A DNA stretch of 64,000 bases from Camelus ferus (Eukaryota), in assembly GCF_009834535.1 (NCBI RefSeq), contig NC_045697.1, positions 36,892,001 to 36,956,000 on the forward strand, read 5' to 3'. A program made the translations under genes and the position numbers. This document shows positions 1-11,545 of the stretch, in pieces. A model generated the notes under the pieces. That model did no database searches, was not told the origin of the DNA, and was given only the letters and a program-made list of their open reading frames with translations. How positions within the stretch are numbered: the first letter of the stretch is position 1; each line of letters opens with the position of its first letter.

Positions 1-839
1 TTCATAAGGACTTTCATTAAAACTTTATATTAATTCAGCCTGATCTTCTAACTTATCTGACTTGTGAGGTTTCACCAAACTTGGTAGATGCTTAAATGCC
101 TATGGATTGACTTATGTTTTTCTTAGCCTTGAACGTGGGAAGTTTCTAAATTCTTCTGACACTATCAGTTTAAGCATGACTATAACAGTCAATCAAAAAG
201 AGTTCATGTATTAATATAAAATGTAGGCCTAGTCTCCGTATCCGACTATCTTAAGGAGAATTTATTAGTAAAACCATCTTTCTGGAAGTCCAACAAAGGG
301 TATCAGCAAACCATTAAATGCTGAGCTCAACAGTAAGAAAATTTTCAAACTCAAATTTCTTTTACACTGAAATAACTAATGTCAAGAAAGATGAAGTTAT
401 TATCCTTAAATTCACAACTCAGTCAAGATGCCAGTATAGGCTCACTTCTCTTGCCTGTAATTCTGAAATCTCAAAGGTTTTAAAGACAAAAGTTCTTTGC
501 TTTTTAAATTTAGTACCAAAACTTATTGAATAGCAAAGTCTGGCCTAAGCCTACATGAGGTAATGTATCACAAGGTGAATATTCATATATTTCACTGAAG
601 AAACATGAGTCCATCTGATTATGAAAGCTTCCCTGGACCTCAGCGGAGATGTAAGTGCACCAGATAGCCTGTCTACAATCTGAAGAATTCTGGATTACAA
701 AGCATATCTGGCCTCAAAGATTTTGGCCAAGGTATTATGAATTCCTAACAACAGCTGTTTATTATTGAGTATTTGCTTTGTGCCAGATATTCTCCTAAGA
801 TTTTAGATGCATTTTGCATAATCTTAATCGGACACATTC

Positions 840-2135
840 CATTCTGACCGCACCTCCCATCTTTTCAGCTCACTCTTTCTAGTACCCCTATTCCTGCCAT
901 CCTTCTAAGCCATGTAGATCTCTAATCCATTTGGTCCTTCTCTCTCTTTCCTTGAGGTCCTATATTCTCTCCTGATTTGGCTCAAATTCTCTGGTCAACT
1001 GTCATGTTGTAATTACCCACATCAGAACCCTTGAGATCTGCTCCTTTCTCACTTTGCCACCCTTGCTTACCAAAACCATAACCCTGGCAAAACCCAGCTC
1101 TTCGCCTGCACCAGAATGGTTGAATATGCCTGGTGGAAGACTCATCTGTGCTGACTGGCCTCATTTTGAGTTTCTGATCATTAAGTGGGCCCTTAATACT
1201 GCCTGGCATTCATAACATGTTCCTCCAGTCCATTCATTCTCTTGTTCTCCCGGAGAACAAGTTCACACTGTCCTCTCTCCCTTTAGTCTCAGCTGATTAC
1301 TTTGCTTCCTACATCTCTGAGACATTTGAGAGAACCAGAAGAAAACTGCCAGAGACTCCCACACCCACATCTCCCCACCTACCAGCAGCTGAACTGGCGT
1401 CCTCTCTGCCTCCTTGCCTGCTGCCACAGAAGAATGCCCTGTGCGTCCACCTAGACCGGATCCCTCCACCTGCTCAGGCACATCCCTCTAGACTTAGACT
1501 TCTCTTTCCTGCATCATCAATATTCACTCAACTGGGTCACTCACACGACTGGATCATCAGCACACAGAGGCACTACTATTTCTTCTATAACTACCTTTTC
1601 CTCCTTTTCCATCCCCCCACCACTTCCAGTGATCTTTTAAAATATTGGTCAGACAGGCTCCACATTTCACTCTGGGTTCTGACCATGGCCTTCCCCAACC
1701 TGCTCTGTGGCTACTCCTCCCTCTCCAACCCACACTCGCTTCTCTCCTCTTTTCTCTCAAACATGCCTGGCATACTCCTGCTCTCTGGCATTTGTACTGG
1801 CTTTCCTTTGCCTAGAACACTGTCTCTAGATACCCACATGACTTACTCCCTCACCAACATCTAATCTTTGCTCAAGCATCACCTTCTCCCGTCTACTCTT
1901 GTCTATCCTATAGAAAATCGCAAGCCACTCCTACCCTCCAATATCCCCCAACTCTGCCTTTGGAACTCTTCCCTTCACTGCCGCCCTTAGCACATAGAAC
2001 TTCTAACGTATCGTATGTTATTTTAATATGTTTATGGTCCTTATTTGTCTCCCATCCTCCTGTCTCTGTGATGTTTGTACTCTAGCTAGGGCAAAGATCT
2101 TTATTCTGTTCACTGACCTGTCCCAAACATGTTGA
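840..2135 (+). mobile_element. L2 LINE remnants
   Basis: Pyrimidine-rich L2 ORF2/3' text (tactccctcacc...tttgctcaagcatcaccttctc...ttattctgttcactga). Confidence 0.7.
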
Positions 2136-5100
2136 ATTACATCTACCACAAATAATCCATCATCCAGTGCCATAGCTTTTTATTTTGTCCCATTGGGGCA
2201 CATGACAGTTTGGTAGTTTTGATCTAAGATCAGATGTTACTTGTTTACTTCTTTACTCCAGAAGGAAGAGGTTGAAAAGCCACTCAAAGGCATTGGATTC
2301 CATTCATTTATCTCCTCATTCATTCAGTGTATATTTATTGAGCATCAACGTGCTGAGTCTATTCTGAGTGAGGACTGTTGATTTGGATGGAGTCAGTAAG
2401 TCAAACATCCCCCTTAGGTCACTAAGGGAAAAAATGCCCCCATCGTTTCGGAACTAAATTCACAGATGAAAGATGATCTTTCTTTAACTGCATCAGAACG
2501 AACAGCACTCCCCTCAGCATAGGAAGAGCCTCCTGTTCTATCCCCTGTCCCGGGGGCTCCATTCCAAGGAAAGTGGAACGGCTAGTCCCTGTGCCTCTGC
2601 TGAGTTACATAGCTAATGGCTTGCTCATTCTGAATAGCCTGGTGCTGGAATTTAGAAGGAATGTGTGTAGCACTCAATATGAAGCTCATTTTGGCTTCAG
2701 GGACTATTTTAATTAAATTAATTATCTCTAGAAGAAACACTTAGAGCTGTTTAAGCCTGAACAATAGGTACTTGTTCTCATTCCTAATAGGAGCCGCATT
2801 GTGCAGCGTTCTCTTGGTGAGCTGAGCGCAGTACCACCACCAGATATTTAACGCAGGCCCTCCCCTTTTGCTCCTTGCCCCGCTTCTCTTTTGCTCTCTC
2901 CTCACGCAGAGTGAAGGGGCTTTCAGAGAAGAGAGATGCAGAGCCTGCGAGATGTGCGAGTCTGGAATCTACGTAAATGTACTGCAGTGCTTCAGTGACT
3001 TTCCTAACTCATCTACTTCTTGCACTTGGATGAGTCCCGCTGCCTGGCTCTATGTGGTCTGCATTTCCAGGGGAAAGGATCCCATCCCTAGTGGTCCTTG
3101 TTGTTCCTCTAAAGGAATAGGTGTCACCACTTTTCTATTACATTCTCCCCTGTCCCATTTTCTTCTACTGTTCCACTGTTTTCAAGAACTCTAGGTTTTG
3201 TCTTTTTAAAAAAATAATGTATACCCTGCCTCATTGCAAAAAAAAAAATTTTTTTTCAGGCTCATTTGTTCTATTCTGTTTTTTAAAATTGCAGTCCATG
3301 GACGTAGAGTTAGTCAAGTATTTCCCCTACCTCAGTCTCATCCTCTGCTTCTAACAGCTAGTCATGCCCCACAACCTTGTCACTAGGGCAGGAAGGGGTA
3401 GGGGGAGTCCCTGTACCCTCAAAATTCACTCTTCTGAGCTGTGTATTATCTTTCAGGCTGTGCCACTCCTTTGTAGGAAAATCTTGATATTGCAGGCTTT
3501 AAAAAAAATTCTAATTAAAAGTGAGAACGTTTAAGGCCGTTCTGTGCTGTCTAAGCCCTCCTGTGGCTGTGGCTTCCCAAGCCCTCCCCCCCGAGCCTTC
3601 CCTCAGCAGAGCCATAGATGGCCTCTTGTTCGGTGTCTCTCCCACAGCCTGGTGGACACGGGGTACGGCACGCAGCAGAAGCCCTCAGGCAGTCACTACT
3701 GTGTCGACAATGGCAGCATTAAGTGTATAACGGCTAGATTTGCTGAAATAAATGTAAAATAACGACCAGAGCTTGTCAAGTTAGTTTCACATAATAATAT
3801 TAGACAACTGGTGTTGGAAGACTTGGCCAAAGCCCAAGCCACAGCCTACATTGGTCTCATCCAGCCTTAACCATCCAGAGTTGTTGTTCAGCAAGACTTG
3901 GTCAGCAGTATTAGTGGTGACTTCACTATTCTTGAACTAAAGTGGTAATAAATGACACTCAGTATTATTTTAAATTTATGTTTGGCATATTCTAATTCAT
4001 GGGCAAATAATAGAGAAAAGAAGGAAAAGGCTTATTTTATCTTTCTTGTTGTAATTAAAATCTCACGACTAATTGTTAGCATACCCCTCTCGCCATGACC
4101 CATTCCCAGCCTATTTAAGTAAAAACTACTGCATTGTTTTGAACACATAGTAAAATTCCAAAACTTTTCAAAATCATTTCTTTACAGACAGCAATCAAGT
4201 GAGTTGATCAATAGTAAATTACCAATTTTTAAAGGTTTCCTAACCTGCCTTGGTACCCTAACAATATTGACTAGAACAATATCCCCTTCTACAGCTAAGG
4301 AAGCAGAGACCTGGTGAAAATTAATAGCAAAAGTGAGCAACCCTAAACAGATTAGCTTGAGACAACCCTAAATTATGAACTGCTAAATAGGATTTTACCC
4401 CATGAGCTGTTTCCTAAGAGTAACTATCTTAGGACACAAAAGGATTTCCATATTTGAAAGCAAATTTTGACTAAGGGAAAAAAGGGAAAAAAGATGTGGT
4501 AAATAAGAGTAGTAACCAGACTCTGCTTTCCACTTTCAAATACTTAGTACTCACTGGGTACAAACACATCTTTATACAATAGGAAGGATGTTGTGTTTTC
4601 AATGACTAAGTTTCACTGTTTCACTCACTTAAAAAAGAAAAGCATTTAACAATTTAGAGAAAGATAAAGATTATTCTGTGGTTGGAAAAGAGCACTGCAC
4701 TCTTGGGACCATCCTCTAAACTGCTTTGGACAAACGCAAAAAGGATAGAAATGCTCACGCTGCTTTTCTGTGTTTTTCCTCATAGGATCATAAAATCATG
4801 GCCTATGAGAGATTTACGTGTTTTCAAAGGAGACTCAAGCCTTTGTCTCACCTCTCTTCACATCACATAATAGTCTATTACCTTTTATCAGCCATATCAG
4901 GAAAGCACACTTGCTTATTTAAGTCAAGGGTCAAGCCAAAAGCTCCAGCGTGTGGGAGATTTCTAAGACCGTGTCTCTATTTCCTGTTTTGGTCTATATT
5001 GATAATTTACTGATGCGCTTCCTCACTGATGTTTATTCAAAGATACTGTCATCCTTCTTTTCATTCTGGAGGAGTTTGGGGACTTTCATTTATTTATTTT

Positions 5101-5261
5101 TTTAAGAGCGGCTGGTGTAGGTGAAAAGAGTGGCAAAGCTTCTCAAGGTAAGAAATGAGGCGATGAAGCCAGGAACACCCAGAGCCGTGGGAGAAGCAAG
5201 GCACATTCTCCTAGGGTCAGAGCTGTGGGGGTGAAATTAGTTTCATATTAAGACAAATACA

Positions 5262-6720
5262 TATATTTATTCAACTAATATTTATGGAGCACTTAATTAT
5301 GTGTCAGGCAATGTTCTTAGTGCTGGGAATACAGTAGTAAGGTCCCCAATTTCATGGGGGTGATACCCTAATAGAAGACATACCAAATGACAAAAACATG
5401 ACCAGGGTCAATGCAGACAGTGAAAAGTATAACCAAGAGAATGAAGCAGGACACTGACAGGCAGCAGTGCTAATTCAGACTGGATGGCTGGGAAAGGTTT
5501 CACTGAAGGAGCGACATGTGTGATGAAACCTGAGTGACAGAAGCTAGTCATTCCAGGCAGAGGCAACACTGAACCAAAGGCCCCAAGGGAGGACTACCCT
5601 TCACCTTTTTGAGTACGACCGTTCAGCCAGACTGCAGTGGGTGAGCCTGGGTGCTGGGTGGTAGGAAATGTCAAGAGGTGGGCAAGAGCCAGATCAGGTA
5701 GGAAGCTGAAGAATAGTTGAGAGGCTATCGCAATAATTCAGATAAGAACTAACAGAAGATGATGTATTTTTGAGGTAGAGACAGGGAGTATGGGAAATGG
5801 AGGGGAAAGGACAAATCCTGGGTTTTTGAATATCCTGGACTTGAATATCTCAGTGTAAGGAGATGCCATATACTGAGGTGAGGAAGAATGAAGAAAGAAC
5901 ATTTTTCACAGGGAGAAAACCAAGAGTCCTGGTTTGGCCATTTTAAGTGTGAAATGCCTATTTGTTATTTAAGTAGAGAAGTTGGCATCCAGATATCTAA
6001 ATTTATAGCTCAATGGAAAGCTCAGAGCTGGCAATATAAATTTGTATGCAGATGGTACCAGAGGAGACTGAGTAGAAGAAAAGAGCTGAAGTCAAGTCCT
6101 AGACCTGAGCCCTGGAGCACTCCAACATTCAAGGGTGAAGAGGAGGAGCTCGGGCCAATGGGTGGAGCAAGCAGCAAGGAGCAAGAAGCTGGGAGAGCAA
6201 GCCGACAGGGAAGCCAAGAGAAGGTGGTGTATGAAGAGGACGCAGCGGTCAACTGACTAAATGCTTCAGAGCAACAGAGGAGTGATGACTAGTTTGGCAA
6301 AGTGGAGGTGTTTGGTAATCTTGACAAGAGCAGTTTCAGGGGACTGGGTAACCAAAACCTAGTTAGGGTCAGTAGAGGTAAGCTGAAATGTGAGGAAGCT
6401 TTTGAGAAGATTTCTGTGAGGTGTGCGAGACATGGCAGAAGGGGATGTGAGGTCCAGGGAGAGTTTTATTTTATTGAAAGACGGGAGGCAGAGAGAATGT
6501 TTGCATGCTGATGGAAAGATCCAGTAGAAAGAGAAAGCTGGTGCTGGACATTTGAAGTGGGAAGTCAAGGTATGACAAATTACCTTGGGAGAGTAAGAGA
6601 ACAAGCGTTATCTGTGAAGTATGGTAAGATCTTTCGGTAGTACATATTTGACATTTGTGGTAATGAATTGAAAATGAAATTAGCACTGGTTGTAGATTTT
6701 TCTCCAGGCCCATTCAGCTG
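5262..6720 (-). mobile_element. L2 LINE remnants
   Basis: Antisense L2 3' end (tatttatggagcactt...tgtgtcaggc...gtgctgggaataca) followed by purine-rich L2 body. Confidence 0.75.
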
Positions 6721-7634
6721 TTAGGTGCAAGCACAGAGTAGTTTAAAGTAAGTTGAGATGCAGGGGACTACGAGAGAGGGAGAGTGGCTGAAGAAGTGGA
6801 TGTCATTACAAAGCAGCAATTGCTAGTGACAGCTTTGGTAAGTTCAATTCCCAGCTGAGTGTTTATTAAATGATGAACGACACAGGTCTGGAATCGAGCT
6901 TTATTTATCAGTTCCTAGAAGAGCAAGTTACTTATCTTCCGCTTAAGTCAAAGTTTCCTTTGCAGAATAGAGATACCAACTTTTATGTCCAGAATTTCAT
7001 TGTAACTTTTGTTAACATGCCTAAAATAGTACCTGGCTGAGTGACCACTCAGTATATGCTAGTTTCAGTTCTGCTTCCCAAGCACAATTTCTTTTCTCTT
7101 CCTCTTTCAGTTACTCAAAAACAATTTCTTCAACACTTACTCTGCCAGACACTGCACTTAGTGCTAGAGAGAAAACGACAAGGCTAACAGGTTTCGTGGT
7201 GTATCAGGGAACACAGCTACTATACAAACAAGTACTCTACCTAAATATTTAAGTTCAGTCATGAGAAACACTATACAGGTTGGTCGACCAGTGTTATACT
7301 CACATAAAATGAAGATGTTGGAATGATTAGATTTTTAAATTTGTAAACTTTTATAAAAATGTTCGACAAATCTGTTGTTATAAGTTCAACGTTCTGATAT
7401 ATCCTTTTTTGAGCTTGAAAAATACTAACTCAAAGTAAAAATCTAAAACATAAGAAAAATCTCCTCACATAGAAAAGGAGTGAGAAGGTACAAGCCAATA
7501 GGGTAGGTCAAAAAAAAGACCAAACTGTCCTTTAAACTAGGGTTGGAATACATTTGAGAGTTGGGTTCAATAGTATAATTCCTTAGGAAATATTTTTTAA
7601 GCTTTAAGTTTACGACAGGCATTGTGCTAAGTGG

Positions 7635-8197
7635 TGAGAAGAGAAAAGCAGCTCCTGGCATCTGGGAACTGGCTTGTTACTATCAGTTAGGTCTTGGTGT
7701 TCTCTTGTTGAACATAAATTTAATCTCACAGAACACCAATATCAGGCAAGGTCACTCTGTTACCCTGATGATGTAAGACAAACAAACAAGCCCTCTTTAT
7801 AACTTTGTCTAAGTACAGTTAAAAACAAAGTCACAGTGCAAAGCACAAAATACCAAACACCCTCCTCCCACCTAATACTAGGTGACTGATGCTGCTTTAC
7901 CAGTTACAGCTTTAACTTCCCTTTGTTCTTCCCATCCTTCTAAACAAGATCCAATAAGATACCCAATCATAAAATTACCCCACCTCTTGAGAGTATGCAA
8001 TTCAGAGCAAATTCTTGCTTCCTTGAACTTTTCCAAATCATCCAACAATAGCCCAAATCCTATTAGGCCTTTTCAGCATCCTCTCATTTGAAATACCTCC
8101 ACCAATACCCCACTGTGTTAGTTCCAACAAGTAATAAACCCAATTTTGTTCAACTCCTCCTGTGTTCCTGATAGTCTTAGGTTGGGTAGCATTGCCA
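7635..8197 (+). mobile_element. Solo ERV1-class LTR (MER89/MER90-like)
   Basis: TG...CA termini, internal AATAAA (~8133), near-TSD gtgg/gtag; it splits a MIR. Confidence 0.65.
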
Positions 8198-8199
8198 GT

Positions 8200-8370
8200 A
8201 GAATATACACGTTACGTTATTTAATCCTCACAGCAATTTCTGGAAACAGGCGCTATTATAAATGTATTTTACAAATGAGAATACAGGCACAGAACTGTTG
8301 AGTAACATTTGCAAGGTCACACAGCTAGAAAGTGGTAAAGCTAGAATTAGAGTCCAGGCTTGACTCCAGA
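8200..8370 (-). mobile_element. MIR SINE
   Basis: atttaatcctcacagcaa...attttacaaatgag...aaggtcacacagctagaaagtgg. Confidence 0.8.
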
Positions 8371-8519
8371 GATTCCTTGATAATGTCCCAGATAATTATC
8401 CAGAATTGTTAGAAGGCTAATCTTTCAGTTAAACAAAGGTCAAAACTTTTTTCTACACCTCCATTCCTTCCATCTTACCTATTATTTGGTCTTATTGCTA
8501 AAATAATGAGTTCTTCAGT

Positions 8520-9020
8520 GAGAGATATGATCAAGTCCACTTACCTTCTAAACATCCTTTTAATAGCTTCAGGTTAGAGTTAACATGTCAGCATGATACA
8601 AATGTCCCTTCTCCCTTTTCTGGCCTTATCTCTTGATGTTTCCCCATAATTTATTAATTTAAGAGATAATTACTATGTACCAGATAATCTTTCCCTACTT
8701 TCCAGTCATGCAGAACCCTTTTCAAATGCAACATATTTATAGCTCTCTCTGCCTCTGCACCTGTACATTTTCAACTGGTCCTTCTAAATCACCTTGCCTA
8801 TCCCCTCTGAGGACTTCATTGACCTTCTCATCCAATACAGAATTTACTGCTCATTTGTAGCTCCACCGCACCAAGTAATTCCTTTGATTATTGGCGCCTA
8901 TTATACATTACATGTTTATTCCTCCAGCCTCAACTCTTCAGAAGTGAAGAGATGTTATTTCCCTTGCTATCCTTTACACTTGGCACAATGCCTGTAAATG
9001 GGTCAAGCTTAACACATATT
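8520..9020 (+). mobile_element. L2 3' fragment
   Basis: Ends in cttggcacaatgcctg...; pyrimidine-rich body. Confidence 0.5.
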
Positions 9021-10649
9021 TCATAAAGCCTTCCCTCACCAAACCAGTTTACAGTATGGCTCTAAGGAGAAAAAGTCTAATATCTTCAATTTCATTAGTA
9101 ACATTTTTCACTCTGTTACCTGGTACTCATCTACATTAAAGATTTAGTAATCTATGCATTAGCCATGATGGTGGACAATTGGTATTCAGACTATTTCCCT
9201 AAAATCTATTGTGGATTGGAAGATAACTTATTAACCGGATTATTTTTCTCATCCAGGAATAGAAGTTCAACAGGTCTTTACATTATAGAAGTGTCACCCT
9301 TTGGAACTAAACTATGATGCGTTTTTTAAGGAAGTCTTCCTCTGCTATTCCAGGCCACTGTTTGCATGATTTGAGGAGACAGTGCAGTCATAAACCTCTC
9401 TGATAACTAATAGGAAAATAAATATTAATAACAAAACCAAAACCCAAACAATTCAAAATAGAATGATTATTTTGTGGATGCAAACTGAATAGAAACTAAC
9501 TACTACTCTCTACTGTACTTTCTGAATTCATGCAAAAAAATTTGATAAAAGTATTTTTTAAAGCTAAAAATGTAATTGTTGGAAGTAACAAAATAAAGTC
9601 ATAGAGTTAGTGTGAAATAATTAAGGGGCAACTTATTTATCTACTTAAATGTAATGGACACTCCTATAAAAAAAGTATATTTATAGGGCAGCTTTTAAAA
9701 GTAGATTTAAAAAATAGAGATGGATTACTTTTTTGTTTCAGGAAAAAGAACAAGCTAATCATCTATTTCAAAATTGTTAAGAATAAGATTGGGGTCAAAA
9801 CACATGCTTAAAGTGGCACTAAAATGACAATAACTTTTTAAAATTTGTTTCCCCTTCCTCTTTTTGAGAAAGCGGTATCTTTGAAAGGTAATTTGCTCCA
9901 AGAGTAAACTCTATCTTGTTTGAAATATGTTTAACATTCTTTTTATTTCTATAGAATAATTAAAACAAACTTAATTACATCTAGCAGTTTCAGAAAGTTC
10001 AAAGCCTTAAACTGTCTTTTGTTGGAGAATGCAAAATAACCCTTTTGTCAAAACAAACATAAAACTCAAATTCTGAAATCTAAATGTTATTTCAAGGCAG
10101 GACTAACACTGACTTTCTATCTCTGGCCAATATTTTGAATTACTTAAAACATCATTTTTCTTTTATTCTTCTTATTTTAAGTTATTTAAATATTATCCCA
10201 ATTGATCTTACTTTAAACAAAATTTTTAAAAAGCATAAACAAATTTTAACATACTATTTAAGTCTCTAGGTTTCAACAATGCCAGCTCCTGTACTTCATC
10301 TTCCTACGTAATTAAAAACATTCTCCAACTGATTTTGAATGATTTGATCAACTTCATTCGTGATCTTGATATAAATTCATTCCAAGAATGCAATTTTGAT
10401 GAGTAAATCAGGGCAGTTTAATAGAGGAACAAAGGAGATAACCAAGAAATTATTCATGTTTACCTTTCATGTTTGAAAATGTGGCATTTAAGAATTGTAG
10501 CAGATTTGAAGCATAGTTATGTGCTGGAAGAAGACAGTGTAAGAAAGACAGCTGTCAGAGTTCAGTAATCCTGCAACATCAATATTGTTCACTAACGCTG
10601 CTTCCTCAAGAGAACTTCAAAACTAAGTTTCTGACAGTGCTCCAGACAT

Positions 10650-10703
10650 TCAATAAAAGAAAAAGCACATTCATAAAGTATTAAACATTCTGTAATTTTT
10701 AAT
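10650..10703 (-). terminator. Second candidate distal poly(A) site (AUUAAA plus GU/U-rich downstream element)
   Basis: ATTAAA on minus (tttaat 10698-10703), followed about 25 nt downstream by tgaatgtgctttttcttttattg (plus 10651-10673). Confidence 0.4.
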
Positions 10704-11359
10704 GTATACTTTAGTTTTCCTTTATAAAAAAACACCTAAAGCTAATTTTTTAAAAAGTTGCTAAAATTTCAAACTGCACAAGAACAAGTTCTTAACTGAG
10801 AGATTCTGATCAAAAACTTTTCAGTCATTAAAGAAAAATTTTTATATGTTGTAACTTCCTGCAGTTGAAAGAGTTAATACTCTTTAAATTCATGATATAC
10901 TTACTTTACTCCCAGAAAATATCTTCTTCAATCATGGCCTAAAGCCATAAAATCATTATTATTGATGCCAGTAACTAAAAATAAGGCCTTTCCTGTCATT
11001 TTTTCAGGCACCTGCTTGTCAATTACCCTCAACCGGCAGCCTGCTGGACAGAGCTCCCTTAAGCACATAGTTCTTAATTCCAACATTTCATTACATAGTC
11101 AGTCATTGTTTCCTCTACAACCCTTTTAGATTCTGTGTAATTTCACAGAACTTCCCAAAGTATAACATATTTGAAAGAATGGCAAACTAAGAGTTGAATA
11201 ATTGTATCTTAGTCTAGTGAATGTTAATCATCAAATACTACAGTTTCATGTTGTCATTCACTATCAAGACAGTTGACTTCTGTCCATGTGGATGCAGAAC
11301 TAGAATGGCAAGTCTGCAGAGAACTAGTTTACCACACAGCTGAGCAATGATGCTCAAAG

Positions 11360-11545
11360 TACCCTTCATTATCCGGAAGCATTTATTACATAAGGGAACA
11401 TTACATAGAGTTTGTGTGCATAGATCTACAGATAACATTAAGTACAGTTCACTGAAATTAACATTACTACACAGTACAGTTAGCTTACACTTTAAAATAA
11501 AAAGGGAAATTAATGGTAAGGAAACAGAATATAGTTAGCATTACA
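11360..11545 (-). terminator. Candidate distal polyadenylation site (AAUAAA with upstream UGUA cluster)
   Basis: AATAAA on minus (tttatt 11382-11387) with 8 UGUA motifs (plus taca at 11387, 11402, 11427, 11443, 11468, 11475, 11486, 11542). Confidence 0.6.

Noticed and set aside
1217..1864. 215-aa ORF, the longest in the track
   Set aside because: It lies in a pyrimidine-rich L2 remnant, has Leu/Ser/Pro bias, and shows no recognisable domain or splice context.
5888..6713. Cluster of ORFs up to 122 aa
   Set aside because: Inside an antisense L2 remnant.
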